From: an uncultured delta proteobacterium
GTDB lineage: Bacteria > Myxococcota > Myxococcia > Myxococcales > Myxococcaceae
Direction of reading: 5' to 3'
Assembly: GCA_963776345.1 (NCBI GenBank)
Contig: CAVZMH010000016.1
Location: forward strand, 704,001-768,000
Length of the DNA: 64,000 nt
Below, piece by piece: positions 1-10,634 of the stretch. Within the stretch, counting starts at the first letter, position 1. Each line of letters starts with the position of its first letter. The translations under genes and the position numbers were made by a program. Below the pieces are notes generated by a model. The model worked only from the letters and a program-made list of their open reading frames with translations. It did no database searches and was not told where the DNA came from.

Positions 1-3000
1 CGCCGACTCGTACCAGGCGGCGCTGGCGACCGACCGGGTGATCTTCCACCGCACCGACGGCTACTTCGAGACGCGCACCGAGATCACCACCGCTCCGGAC
101 GATTCGGCGGAGGTACGGCGAGTCACGGTGACCAACAACGGCAACCGGGCCAGCGAGGTGGAGCTGACCAGCTACGGCGAATGGGTGCTGGCCGCGCCGG
201 ACGCGGACCGGGCCCATCCTGCCTTCGGCAACCTCTTCGTCGAGACCGAGTGGCACGAGTGGTGTCAGGCCATCACTGCCAGCCGGCGACCGCGCTCCAA
301 GGGAGAAGCGCGGCTGTACGGGGTCCACGTCGTCGCCCTTCCCGAGGTCTCGGTGGGTGGGGTGACGTTCGAGACGGATCGGGCGCGGTTTCTCGGTCGG
401 GGGCGCTCGGTGAGGAACCCGGCGGCCGTGGACCAGGGCGTGAAGCTCAGCGGTTCGGCCGGTGCGGTGCTCGATCCCATCTTCGCGCTGCGAACGCGGC
501 TGCGGCTGTTGCCCGGGCGTTCGGCGTCGGTCTCGTTCACCACCGCCGTGGGCAGCACCCGGGAACGCGCCTTCGACCTGGCCGATCGCTACCGCGACCC
601 GCACTCCGCCCAGCGGGCTCTGGACCTCGCCTGGACCACGGCGCAGATCGAGCTGCGCGAGCTGAAGACTTCCTCGGCCGAAGCGGCGCTGTACCAGAAG
701 CTGGCCGGCGACCTCTTCTTCTCCGACCCGCTGCTGCGCGCACCCGCGCCCGAGCTGCGGCGAAACACCGGCTCGCAGCCGCTCCTGTGGGCCATCGGTC
801 TGTCGGGCAACTGGCCCATCGTCCTGGCCACGGTGGACTCGACCGATGGGCTGTCCACGGTGGGCGAGCTGCTGCGGGCGCACCGGTTCTGGCGGCGGCG
901 CGGGATGACCGTCGACCTGGTGATCCTCAACACTCGCGCCACCTCCTACGTGCAGGCGCTGACCGAGAAGCTCACCTCGGCCGTCTTCGCCTCCAGCGAA
1001 GCCAGTGTGCACGAGCAGCCGGGTGGGGTGTGGGTGCGGCGAAAGGAGCTCCTTCGGGTCGAGGAGCTCGCCATGCTGCGCGCCACCGCCCGGGTGCACG
1101 TGGTGTGTGACGGCCGCAAGCTGGGACAGATCGTCGATCCCGGTCAGGTGGACCTGCGGCGCGCTGCGGAGGAATCCCGTTCCACCCGCGGACCGCTCCA
1201 GCGGCTGGGGATCGGACTGGCCGACCGGATGCGCATCCCCGCGCCTCGCCCGCGGACGGTGACCGGGGGCACGGCGAGCGGCGGGCAGGCGGCGCCGGCG
1301 GGGGTGCCGGCCCCTGCCACGCTGCTGCTGGACAACGGGCTCGGTGGACTCGCCGCCGACGGTTCGTACGAGATCCGGCTCGGAGCCTCCGGGCTCCCGC
1401 CTGCGCCCTGGGCCAACGTGGTGGCCAGCGAGGCCGGCGGCTTCGTGGTCACCGAACGGGGCGGCGGCTTCAGCTGGGCGTGCAACAGCTACTTCTACCG
1501 ACTCACCCCCTGGCACAACGATCCGGTGAGCGATCCGGTGAGCGAGGTCCTCTACCTACGGGACGAGGACACGCACGCGCTGTGGACGGCGACCCCGGGT
1601 CCGAGCTCCGACGGCTCTGACTACACCGTCCGCCATGCTCCAGGGATGTCGAGCTTCTCGCACCTGCACCAGGACATCCGCAGCGAGCTGACCCTGGGGC
1701 TGGTCGAGCGGAGCGGGGTGAAGGTGTCGCGCCTTCGCTTGCTGAACTCCGGCAGCCGGCCACGACGGATCTCGGTCACCGCCTACGTGGAGTGGGTGCT
1801 CGGCCCCGAGCGCGAGCACGGCCAGCACCAGATCTGGACGGAGTACGACGCCGCGCGGGGAGCGGTGTTCGCCCAGAACACCTTCGACCCGCAGTTCGCG
1901 ACCTGGGTGGCATTCTGCGCCATGTCCCCCCTGCCGCAGGGGCACACCGGGGATCGCCGGGAGTTCCTGGGGAGGAACGGGACCGCAGCCGACCCGTTGG
2001 GACTGCGCGACCACCACCTCGCCGGCCGCACCGGGGCAGCCCTCGACCCGTGTGCCGTCCTGCAGCGGGTGGTGCAGCTCGGCCCGGGCCAATCCACCGA
2101 GGTCGTGGTGCTGCTGGGCGCCCGCCCCTCGCGCGCCGAGGCACAGACGGAGGTGGATGGGCACCGGGCGGCAGACGCGCCGCGGAACGACCTGGCCACG
2201 GTCGCGGCGTGGGAGGAGCGGCTCTCGGTGGTGCGGGTCACCACCCCGGATCCGGCCTTCGATGCGTTGATCAACCGCTGGCTCCTCTACCAGGCGCTCT
2301 CCTGCCGGATGTGGGGCCGGTCGGCGCTGTACCAGAGCGGAGGCGCGTACGGATTTCGGGATCAACTCCAAGACTCGATGGCCTTCCTCTACGCCGACCC
2401 TGGACTGTCGCGCAGCCACCTCCTCCGGGCGTCCGCGCGTCAGTTCGTGGAGGGGGACGTGCAGCACTGGTGGCATCCCGAGAGCGGCCGCGGCGTGCGG
2501 ACCCGCATCTCGGACGACCTGGCCTGGTTGCCGTTCGTGGTCGAGCGCTACGTCCGGGTCACCGCGGATGCGGGCGTGCTGGATGTCGAGGTGCCCTTCC
2601 TCTCCCTGCGTCCCCTGGGTCCGGAGGAGCACGAGCTCTACGACCTGCCGTCGGTGTCCACGGAGCGGGGGAGCGTGTACGAGCACTGCCGCCGCGCGCT
2701 CCGGAGGGCCTGCACCACGGGCGCTCATGGACTGCCGCTGATCGGAACCGGCGACTGGAACGACGGGATGAACCGCGTGGGCGTCGAGGGGCGGGGCGAG
2801 AGCGTGTGGCTGGCCTGGTTCCTGGTCAGCACGCTGCGCTCGTTCGCCATCCTGACGGACGGGCGGGGAGACGCAGCGGAGGCAGCCTGGATGCGAACGC
2901 AGGCTGACGCCTACGCCGGCGCGCTCGAGGAGCACGGCTGGGATGGAGCCTGGTACCGGCGCGCCTTCTTCGACGACGGCACGCCGCTCGGGTCGGCCCA

Positions 3001-3710
3001 GAACGAGGAGTGCCGCATCGACTCCATCGCCCAGAGCTGGAGCGTGATCTCCCGGGCAGGCCGGCCCGAACGCCAGGTCCGGGCCATGCGTTCGCTCCGC
3101 CAGCACCTGGTCGATCCACGGGCGCGGCTGATCGCGCTGCTGACACCTCCCTTCGACCACGCACTGCCCGATCCGGGTTACATCCAGGGGTACCTTCCGG
3201 GCGTCCGCGAGAACGGGGCCCAGTACACGCACGCCGCGCTGTGGGCGGTGCTGGCCATGGCGATGCAGAACGAGGGCGACCTGGCCTTCGAGCACTTCCA
3301 GATGCTCAATCCGTTCACCCACGCCGCCACGCCGGAGGGAGTGGCCACCTACAAGGTGGAGCCCTACGTGGTGGCAGCCGACGTGTACACCGCACCCGGC
3401 CAGCTCGGGCGGGGCGGATGGACCTGGTACACCGGCTCGGCAAGCTGGATGTACCGCGTCGGGCTGGAGGCCATCCTCGGTTTCAAGAAGGAGGGCGCCA
3501 CGCTGCGCCTCGAGCCGTGTGTCCCCCGGGCCTGGACGGAGTTCCGCATCGACTACCGCTACGGCACGAGCCGGTACTCGATCGCCGCCGCCCGCGCGCA
3601 GCCGGGCGGGCGGTCCCGGGTGCTTCTGGATGGCGAGGAGGCGCAGGGGGGCTCATTCCGCTGACGGACGACGGACGCCAGCACGAGGTCTCGGTCACGT
3701 TCGCGCGACC
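1..3710 (+). CDS. ndvB: Cyclic beta-1,2-glucan synthase/phosphorylase, GH94 C-terminal region; 5'-truncated by the window edge, apparent frameshift near the 3' end, end coordinate approximate
   Basis: The ORF 38..3664 frame is open from the window start. It has two GH94 N-type repeats (TDRARFLGRGR, TGDRREFLGRNG) and catalytic motifs YQSGGAYGFRDQLQD, GDWNDGMN, ENGAQYTH and GWTWYTGSA. The family-like tail IPLTDDGRQHEVSV lies in another frame after the G6 run at 3646-3651. Confidence 0.85.
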
Positions 3711-3933
3711 GGGCCGCTCGCCGACGGGGAGCCTCCGCCTTCGTCTCCGGGTTGAGGGTTGCGAACAGCCGATTCGCCTCGGCACTGCCGGGGGGCATGT
3801 GCTCAAGCGTGTGTCCACTGTCCGAGCACGGGTCTCGTTTCCTGCCGGGTCCAGCTGGGTGTTCGCGAGGAATCACCCCCGCCGTCTCCTCCGTAGGGTG
3901 CCGGGCATTTCGGGCTACACTCCGGTCCTTCGC

Positions 3934-4521
3934 GTGCACACCCCCTCGAGTCGAAGAAACGCCCCCCGTCCGGCGCCGGCCCGTCAGCTGACGCGCCGGC
4001 GCTTCCTCGCAGCCGGAGCCACCTTCGTCGCCTTGCCCTTGCTCGGCCTGCCCCGCCGCGCGCGCGCGGACGCCGGGTCGCTGCGAACGCTGTCGTTCCG
4101 GCACACCCACACCGGGGAGGCGCTGTCGCTCGCCTACGCGGCCGGCGATGCATACCTGCCGGAGGCGCTCGCCCGCATCAACTGGCTCCTGCGCGACTTC
4201 CGCAACGGCGAGATCAAGCCGATCGACCCGCAACTCCTCGATCAATTGCACACGCTGGCCGCGGTGACCGGCACCAGCGCGCCCTACGAGATCATTTCCG
4301 GCTATCGCTCGGCGGAGACCAACGCGTTGCTGCACCGGCATGGCAGCGGCGTCGCGACCCACAGCCTTCACCTCGAGGGACGCGCGATCGACCTCCGGCT
4401 CCCCGACGTCTCGCTCAGCGACCTGCGCGATGCGGCGCTCTCCCTCCGCGCGGGCGGCGTCGGATACTACGCGCACTCGCAGTTCGTCCACGTCGACACC
4501 GGCAAGGTGCGACGCTGGTAG
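3934..4521 (+). CDS. YcbK/MepK family (DUF882, peptidase M15) peptidoglycan endopeptidase with Tat signal
   Basis: 3' part of ORF 3010..4521. Twin-arginine LTRRRFL plus ARA cleavage site, HTHTGE, IISGYRS, HSLHLEGRAID and FVHVDTG. GTG start inferred; TACACT at 3916-3921 lies just upstream. Confidence 0.88.
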   Translation: MHTPSSRRNAPRPAPARQLTRRRFLAAGATFVALPLLGLPRRARADAGSLRTLSFRHTHTGEALSLAYAAGDAYLPEALARINWLLRDFRNGEIKPIDPQLLDQLHTLAAVTGTSAPYEIISGYRSAETNALLHRHGSGVATHSLHLEGRAIDLRLPDVSLSDLRDAALSLRAGGVGYYAHSQFVHVDTGKVRRW

Positions 4522-4545
4522 CCGGGCGGCGTTCCGGCGGCGGCC

Positions 4546-6342
4546 TCACCCCGGCTTGCGTGGACCGGCGTAGAGCGCGGGGAGCTCGGCGCCGAGGAAG
4601 TCGAGCACGGCCTTTCGCCGAAGCTTCAGGGTCGGCGTGACGAGCTCCGGGTAATCCGTGGGGCTGCCCGGGACGACGAGCAGCCGCTTCGGCTTCTCGT
4701 AGTCGGAGAACGCGTCCAGGGGCTCGAGCGCGACCGGAAGAAGCGCCTCCGCCGGGTCCTTTCCTTCCTCCTTCAGCCGTGCGAGCTCGCCGCGCGGAAC
4801 GAACACCGCGGCGGTGACGTAGGGTCGACCGTCTCCGAGCAGGAGCGCACCCTCGAAGGGAGGCGTCGAGCCGAGCGCGGTCTCCACCGGCTCCGGCGCC
4901 ACCTTCTTCCCGGTGCTGAGCACGAGGAGGTGCTTCTTGCGCCCGGTGATGTGGAGCCAGCCCTCGCCGTCGAGCTCGCCCAGATCGCCCGTTCGGAAGA
5001 ACCCGTCGGCGGTCCACGAGCCCGCGTCGTCCTCGGGCTCGAGGTAGCCGGTGAGCATGAGCGGCCCGCGCAGGAGCAGCTCGTGATCCTCGGCGATGCG
5101 GAGCTCGTGGTCCGGGCTGACGAGCCCGACGCTCGACGGGTGCCGTCGCTCGCTGAAGACGTTCGAGGAGATCATCCCCGCGGTCTCGCTCATGCCGTAC
5201 AGCTCGACCAGCGGGATTCCCAGGCCCTCGAAGAACCGAAACAGCGCGGCGGACGTGGGCGCCCCGCCGGCGAACAGCCCCTCGATGCGCCCACCGAGGG
5301 CCGCGCGGATCTTCCGACCGACGAGCCGGTCGGCCAGCCGCGTCAGGAGGAGGTCGACGGCGCCCGACGCACCGTCGACGCGCACCCGCGCCGCCGACTC
5401 GAGCGCACGGTGGATCAGGCGATGCAGGGGACCGGGGAGGTGCCCCAGCCCTTCGAGCACCCGCGCGCGGATGCGCTCGTACACCAGCGGTACCGAGAAG
5501 ACGTAGGTCGGCCCGAGCGCGAGCGCCCGCGGGACATCGGAGGGGTGCGCGATGAGCAGCAGCGTGTGCCCCTCCGCAAGCGCCAGGGCGAACTGGTCGT
5601 GTCCGGCGACGTGGCCGAAGGGGAGCAGGTGCACCCCGACGTCGCGCTCGGTGCGCCCGGTCGACAACGCGCCGGCCTCGATGGCGTGGACGATGGTCCG
5701 CTGCGACAGACGCACGCCCTTCTGGCGCCCGGTGGTCCCGCTGGTAAAGAGCAAGAGGAACGGATCCCCCTCCTGCACCGACGCGGTACGCGCCTCGAAC
5801 TCATCGAGGGTGAGCGCCGGAGCGCCCTCACCGAGCGCCGCGCCCACGCTCGTGCCGCGAACGCCCGCGGGAAGCAGATCGGCGATGCCCGCGTCGACGG
5901 CCAGCACCGAGGTCAGCCCCTGCCCGGCGAGCGCCTCGCCGACCGGGGCCAGCTTGGCCCACTGCTCCTTCGTCGAGACGAACGCCACGCGCGGCCGGAC
6001 GCGGACCGCGATGTCCTGGACCGCGGCGCCGCCGAGGCTGGCGAACAGCGCCGACGGCTCGGCGCGGAGGAGCTGCGCGGCGAGCGCGACGGCCTGCCAC
6101 TCGGGGGAGTTCTCGGCGAGGAGCATCACGCGGTCGCCGGGCTTCACGCCGGCGCGCTCGAGAAACGCGGCGGCGCGGCACACCAGCGCGCGGAAATCGG
6201 AGAAGCGAACGTCCCGCGGCGGCCCGGCCACGCCGGGCGCCAGGAAGCGCAGGAAGACGCGGTCCGGAACGCGGCGCGCGGTCAACGCGAGCAGGCCCGG
6301 CAGGGTGCGGGCCGGGAATCGCACGATGGGGAGTTTCCGCAT
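4546..6342 (-). CDS. Long-chain fatty acid-CoA ligase (AMP-binding enzyme)
   Basis: Motifs FTSGTTGRQKG, ELYGMSET, FRTGDLG, ITGRKKHLLVLSTGKKVAPEPVE and TPTLKLRR. Confidence 0.88.
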   Translation of the reverse strand: MRKLPIVRFPARTLPGLLALTARRVPDRVFLRFLAPGVAGPPRDVRFSDFRALVCRAAAFLERAGVKPGDRVMLLAENSPEWQAVALAAQLLRAEPSALFASLGGAAVQDIAVRVRPRVAFVSTKEQWAKLAPVGEALAGQGLTSVLAVDAGIADLLPAGVRGTSVGAALGEGAPALTLDEFEARTASVQEGDPFLLLFTSGTTGRQKGVRLSQRTIVHAIEAGALSTGRTERDVGVHLLPFGHVAGHDQFALALAEGHTLLLIAHPSDVPRALALGPTYVFSVPLVYERIRARVLEGLGHLPGPLHRLIHRALESAARVRVDGASGAVDLLLTRLADRLVGRKIRAALGGRIEGLFAGGAPTSAALFRFFEGLGIPLVELYGMSETAGMISSNVFSERRHPSSVGLVSPDHELRIAEDHELLLRGPLMLTGYLEPEDDAGSWTADGFFRTGDLGELDGEGWLHITGRKKHLLVLSTGKKVAPEPVETALGSTPPFEGALLLGDGRPYVTAAVFVPRGELARLKEEGKDPAEALLPVALEPLDAFSDYEKPKRLLVVPGSPTDYPELVTPTLKLRRKAVLDFLGAELPALYAGPRKPG

Positions 6343-6632
6343 GGGCTGGCGGTCACCTTAGTGCGGGACCGCCCCGACGGCAGCCTCCGAAGCAGATCAG
6401 AGGGACTGGAGGTACTTGGGCGGGAAGCGCGAGACGAGCCAGGCCCATCGCCTGGCTCCACGACGAGGGCCTGGCCTTCTCCGATTCCTCGCCTCGCAAG
6501 GCTGAAGCGCCGACGCCGCGGGCGTATTCTGGGTGTAAGGAGCCGCGGCCCGCCGCGTCTGGTCAGTGCCGGGCGACGGGACGCGCCCCGACGACCGGGG
6601 GACGGGCCGCACGGAGCGCGCTTCGAGGGCGC

Positions 6633-6838
6633 ATGACCCGTACGGATACGGACCTCCAGAAAGGCCTCGACATGTCGAACGGGCTCGACGGACTCAACAA
6701 GCTCGGGGGGACGTGATCGGCTCCTATCCCTGGCTCATCGGACCGGCTCTTGGCCTCGTTTGCGGCATCTTCTTCTCGGCGTGGCTCGTCGCGGTCGGCT
6801 TCAGGCTCCACAGCCTCCCGGCGGCCAGGCAGTCGTGA
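6633..6838 (+). CDS. Small single-pass membrane protein, apparently frameshifted at a G6 run
   Basis: ATG 6633 (or 6672) with RBS-like sequence. Adding one G at 6705-6710 joins MSNGLDGLNKLG to GDVIGSYPWLIGPALGLVCGIFFSAWLVAVGFRLHSLPAARQS. Confidence 0.4.
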
Positions 6839-6876
6839 CCCCGGCCATCCTCGCGGTGCGTCCGGGCCGCTGGACT

Positions 6877-7854
6877 TCAGACCACCAGTCCGCTCTTCGC
6901 CACGGCCCAGCTCCACAGGCGCTCACGCTCGGCGGGAGTGTCGGAGCGCCGGGTGGACGCAAGCCGATGCAGCGGGCGGGGGCGCCGGTCGAGCCAGAAG
7001 CGCCCGCTCTGCTCGAGGGGCGCTCCGTCGGCGACGGCGAGCCAGACCAGCGTGTCGGCCCCCTCGGCGGGCGTTCGCAGGAAGGGACCGACGACGCGCC
7101 GGAACGTGGGCAGCGACCGCGCGACCCCCGGCGTGTCGGCCCAGCCGGGGTGCATCGCCTGCACCACGATTCCGTCCGCCGAGAGCCGCTTCGCCCACAG
7201 CTCGGCCAGAGTCACCTGGGCCCGCTTGGCGCGGGCATACGCCGTCGTCCCGTCGTAGCCGGCGGCCGGCATCTCCAGCCGCTCCACCGACAGGGGCTCG
7301 CTGTACATGCCCCCCGACGAGACCCAGATCACCCGGGAGGGAGCGCCGGCCCTGAGCGCTGGCCGGAGCAGACCGGTGAGCAGGAATGGGCCGACCACCT
7401 GGCTGGCGACGGTGAGCTCGATGCCCTGCGGACTCTCCTGCCGCACGTCGTCGAGCGCGCCCGCGTTGTGGATCAGCACGTGAATCGCGGGGTGGCGCTG
7501 CATCAGCTCCCCGGCAGCGCGGCGGACCGCCGGGAGATCGCCGGTGTCGGCGACGACGAAGCGAATGTTCGGGTTCCCCGTGGAGTGCCGCAGCTCGGCG
7601 CAGGTCGCCTCGGCCTTCACCCGGTTGCGGGCGATGACCTCGACCGTCGCGCCCAGACGGGCGAAGGCGCGGGCCGCCTCGAGCCCGAGCCCCGAGGTGC
7701 CCCCGGTGATCACCATCACCCGCCCGTCCAGCCGCACGCCCTCGAGCGGCGCCCAGTGCTCGAGCCGTCGGCGCAGCGTCGAGCCCAGCCGGGTGAAGCT
7801 GCCGGCGACGCTCCACTCCAGCACCGCATCCACCCGGTCGGCGACGGAGCTCAC
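6877..7854 (-). CDS. SDR family oxidoreductase (DHRS12/retinol dehydrogenase-like)
   Basis: TGGTSGLG, HNAG, VSSGGMY, catalytic YARAK and MHPGWADTPG. The GTG start overlaps the upstream stop (GTGA). Confidence 0.88.
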   Translation of the reverse strand: MSSVADRVDAVLEWSVAGSFTRLGSTLRRRLEHWAPLEGVRLDGRVMVITGGTSGLGLEAARAFARLGATVEVIARNRVKAEATCAELRHSTGNPNIRFVVADTGDLPAVRRAAGELMQRHPAIHVLIHNAGALDDVRQESPQGIELTVASQVVGPFLLTGLLRPALRAGAPSRVIWVSSGGMYSEPLSVERLEMPAAGYDGTTAYARAKRAQVTLAELWAKRLSADGIVVQAMHPGWADTPGVARSLPTFRRVVGPFLRTPAEGADTLVWLAVADGAPLEQSGRFWLDRRPRPLHRLASTRRSDTPAERERLWSWAVAKSGLVV

Positions 7855-8294
7855 CGGACGACCGCGGTGCCCTTCAGCGCGCGCCGGAGCCCGGCTGCTG
7901 CGCGATCCCCGATCCGTTTGAAGGCGATGCCCAGGAGCGGGTCGAACAGGCCGAGCGGCCCTCGGAGCGTCAGCGTCGCGTCGTAGGTGACGACGGAACC
8001 ACTCGGAGCTGGCTCGACTTCGATCTCGTCCTCGGAGACGAGAAGCGCGGTCTGTGCGACCAGCAGCAGGCGCCTCGGCGGCTGGGACTCCTTCATCTCG
8101 TAGCGCATGACCGTGGTGCTGCCCGCCTCGATCGTCAGGTCGTAGGTCGAGCCAACGCCGATGCCGTCGCCAGCGACGCGAACCACCTTCTTCACTCCGG
8201 GGTCCCACTCGACGAAGCGGGTGACATCGCTCATGTACGCGAAGGCCTCGGCGGCAGACAGGGGCGTCGCGACGGAAGTGCGGTACCGGGCCAT
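7851..8294 (-). CDS. SRPBCC/START-like lipid-binding protein (polyketide cyclase-like)
   Basis: 147 aa with the AFAYMSD..RFVEWDPGV pattern and C-terminal helix; AGGAG RBS. Confidence 0.8.
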   Translation of the reverse strand: MARYRTSVATPLSAAEAFAYMSDVTRFVEWDPGVKKVVRVAGDGIGVGSTYDLTIEAGSTTVMRYEMKESQPPRRLLLVAQTALLVSEDEIEVEPAPSGSVVTYDATLTLRGPLGLFDPLLGIAFKRIGDRAAAGLRRALKGTAVVR

Positions 8295-8335
8295 GACTCC
8301 TGACCTATCAGAGCAGACACTTCGCCGCTGAGTGC

Positions 8336-9115
8336 TCAGCGCCCGGGCGGGCGGAGGACGAAGGCCGACGTCCGGCGGACGTAGTCGGCGTAGCCGGGCT
8401 TGGTCGCGGCAAGGTGCGCATCAAGCATCGCCACCCCGGACACCTTGACCAGGAGGTACGTCATGAGGAGTGGCGCCAGGATGCTCGCCCAGCCCAGTGG
8501 CTCGGCCACGGCGCAGAGCCAGAGGCCCCACCACAGCACCGCCTCGCCGAAGTAGTTGGGATGGCGGCTGTAGCGCCATAGCCCGGTATCGAGCACCCCG
8601 CCGCGCCGTGCCGGATCCGTCCGGAACGCTTGCAGCTGGGCGTCGGCGACGACCTCGATCGCGAACCCGGTCAGGAACACCCCCAGACCGGCGAGATGCA
8701 GCGGCGCAATCCGATCGGGCGGCTGCGCGGCTCCGGCGAGCTGGAGCGGGGCGGAGATGAGGACGACCAGCAGGCCCTGGAGCAGGAACACCTGGAAGTA
8801 GCTCACCCACCAGTAGCGAGTCGGCCCGAAGCGCTGACGGAACGCTGCATAGCGCGGGTCCTCCGGCTTGCCCCGGCTGCGCAGCAGAAGGTGCAGCCAG
8901 AGGCGAATGGCCCAGGCCGCCACCATGAGGAGGAGGAGCCCCTTCGCCGGAGTGAGACCGGTCGCGGCGACGGTGTGCCCGGCGACCAGCAGGAACGCCA
9001 TCGACCACCAGGGGTCGACGATGCTGACGTCACGGCGAACCACGCTGACCACCCACAGCGCAGTCATGAGGCCGAGGACGCAGGCCGCGTTCTGCCAGAG
9101 CAGGGTGACCGTCAT
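8336..9115 (-). CDS. DUF1295 family membrane protein (steroid 5-alpha-reductase-like)
   Basis: SIVDPWW, EDPRY, ADAQL and GLWRYSRHPNYFGE motifs; start overlaps the upstream stop. Confidence 0.88.
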   Translation of the reverse strand: MTVTLLWQNAACVLGLMTALWVVSVVRRDVSIVDPWWSMAFLLVAGHTVAATGLTPAKGLLLLMVAAWAIRLWLHLLLRSRGKPEDPRYAAFRQRFGPTRYWWVSYFQVFLLQGLLVVLISAPLQLAGAAQPPDRIAPLHLAGLGVFLTGFAIEVVADAQLQAFRTDPARRGGVLDTGLWRYSRHPNYFGEAVLWWGLWLCAVAEPLGWASILAPLLMTYLLVKVSGVAMLDAHLAATKPGYADYVRRTSAFVLRPPGR

Positions 9116-10158
9116 GGGGCCCCCTCGATCTGGGCGGAGATCCACCGGTCGACCTCGGACCAGCGTTCGAAGAGCCACCGGTCCCGGCCCGCCTCGGGGA
9201 TCTCCGTCGCGGGAATCCTGCGCAGCCGGACCCGGAGGGTCTTTCCCACCAGCGTTCCCCGCCAGAAGTCGGCGAAGGAGGCGGCTCCCTCGAAGCCGGT
9301 GTGCTCGACGAGGAGAAGGTCGACACCGGGAGCGGCGTCGAGGAGGGCCAGCGGTCCACCCACTCTCGGCGGCAAGACGTTCCGGTAGCCGGCGGCCACC
9401 TCTGCCAGCTCACCCTTCCCCTTCGCCCGCAGCGTCTCCACGGCCGCCAATCGCTTCTCGAGGCTGAAGCGCGTCCCTTCCGGATAGATGAGCACGGCCG
9501 AGCGGGGGTCGAGGTCCCCGGCGAGCCGCGCAATCGCGTCGATCTCCCCCTGGCTGCGGGGGCTCGTGCGATCGATGAACGCGTTCGGCAGGCGCCGGCC
9601 GACGATGTCCAGGCAGGGGTCCCACAGGAGCTCCTGCTTGAGCACGTAGCGGAGCAAGAGCCGGTTCGGATTGGCGACCAGCGCTGCCGCCAGCACGGTG
9701 TCGGCCGTGCTGGAGTGACGAACGAACAGGAGCAGCGGACCCGTCCGGGCGAGCTCCAGCCCTTCGACCTCCACCCGCATCGAGAAGAGACGGGTGGCTC
9801 CCCCGAACAGCGCCGCGGTCCACCGACGCTGCAGGGCCGCGTTGAGATCGACGTAGCGGGGCCGGCCGACCGTCCACCCCCCCAGGGTGACCAGCCACAG
9901 CCCCGCGGCGGCGGCGACGCCCACGAGCTCGCAGCCGAGATACAGCGCGAAGAAGGCCAGCGCCCGCGTTCTCGGCAGGAGTCTCGCCTTCCCGGTGAGC
10001 ACATCCGCAGCCAGCCCACCGAGGACCCACAGGGGGAGCGTCACCGCGGTCAGCGCGCCGAGCAGGGCGTAGGCTGGCAGGGAGATCGCGCGGCGCGACC
10101 AGATGGAGCCTAGGGACTCGTCGCGCCGTCCGGGAGCACGCGGTGCGGCTCCGTTCAT
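9112..10158 (-). CDS. Lysophospholipid (PlsC-like) acyltransferase family protein
   Basis: HSSTAD (HX4D), YVLKQELLWDP, FIDR and IYPEGTRF motifs; ATGA coupling to the DUF2177 gene. Confidence 0.85.
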   Translation of the reverse strand: MNGAAPRAPGRRDESLGSIWSRRAISLPAYALLGALTAVTLPLWVLGGLAADVLTGKARLLPRTRALAFFALYLGCELVGVAAAAGLWLVTLGGWTVGRPRYVDLNAALQRRWTAALFGGATRLFSMRVEVEGLELARTGPLLLFVRHSSTADTVLAAALVANPNRLLLRYVLKQELLWDPCLDIVGRRLPNAFIDRTSPRSQGEIDAIARLAGDLDPRSAVLIYPEGTRFSLEKRLAAVETLRAKGKGELAEVAAGYRNVLPPRVGGPLALLDAAPGVDLLLVEHTGFEGAASFADFWRGTLVGKTLRVRLRRIPATEIPEAGRDRWLFERWSEVDRWISAQIEGAP

Positions 10159-10553
10159 CCCCGCGTGCCCGCGCGAACCGCGTCGTACACCCACTTGCCG
10201 ACGAAGGCCGCGACGGCGGTCAGGATCACCCCCCAGACGAGGTCCACGGGCACGAGCGCCGCTGGCCAGTCACGGAGCACCGCCCAGTTGGTGAGCTCGT
10301 AGGTCCCGTAGGCGACCAGGCCCAGCGCTGCGCCCCGCCGGGCCGCGCCGGCCGGAGTGACCGCGCCGAGGACGGCATGGATCAGGATGGCAGCGAGGTA
10401 GAGCGCGTAGAACAGCCCCGCCGCGGGAAGGAGGACCTCGGGACGCTTGAGCGGCGCGAGCGCCGAGTCGTAGAGCCCGCGCGCGACCACCCCCAGCCAC
10501 GTCAGATCCAGCGCCAGCATCGTCGCGGCGGTGGCGACAGCGGCCGCTGCCAC
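10155..10553 (-). CDS. DUF2177 family membrane protein
   Basis: LDLTWLG..A..LY and GLVAYGTYELTNWAVLRDWP..LVPVDLVWG motifs. Confidence 0.85.
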   Translation of the reverse strand: MAAAAVATAATMLALDLTWLGVVARGLYDSALAPLKRPEVLLPAAGLFYALYLAAILIHAVLGAVTPAGAARRGAALGLVAYGTYELTNWAVLRDWPAALVPVDLVWGVILTAVAAFVGKWVYDAVRAGTRG

Positions 10554-10634
10554 CGCGACGGAACGACCCGAAGTCCCCTGGCTCTCCCTGGTAGGCGTTC
10601 CCCGACAGTAGCCCGCCCTGCCCGTGCGGCAACG

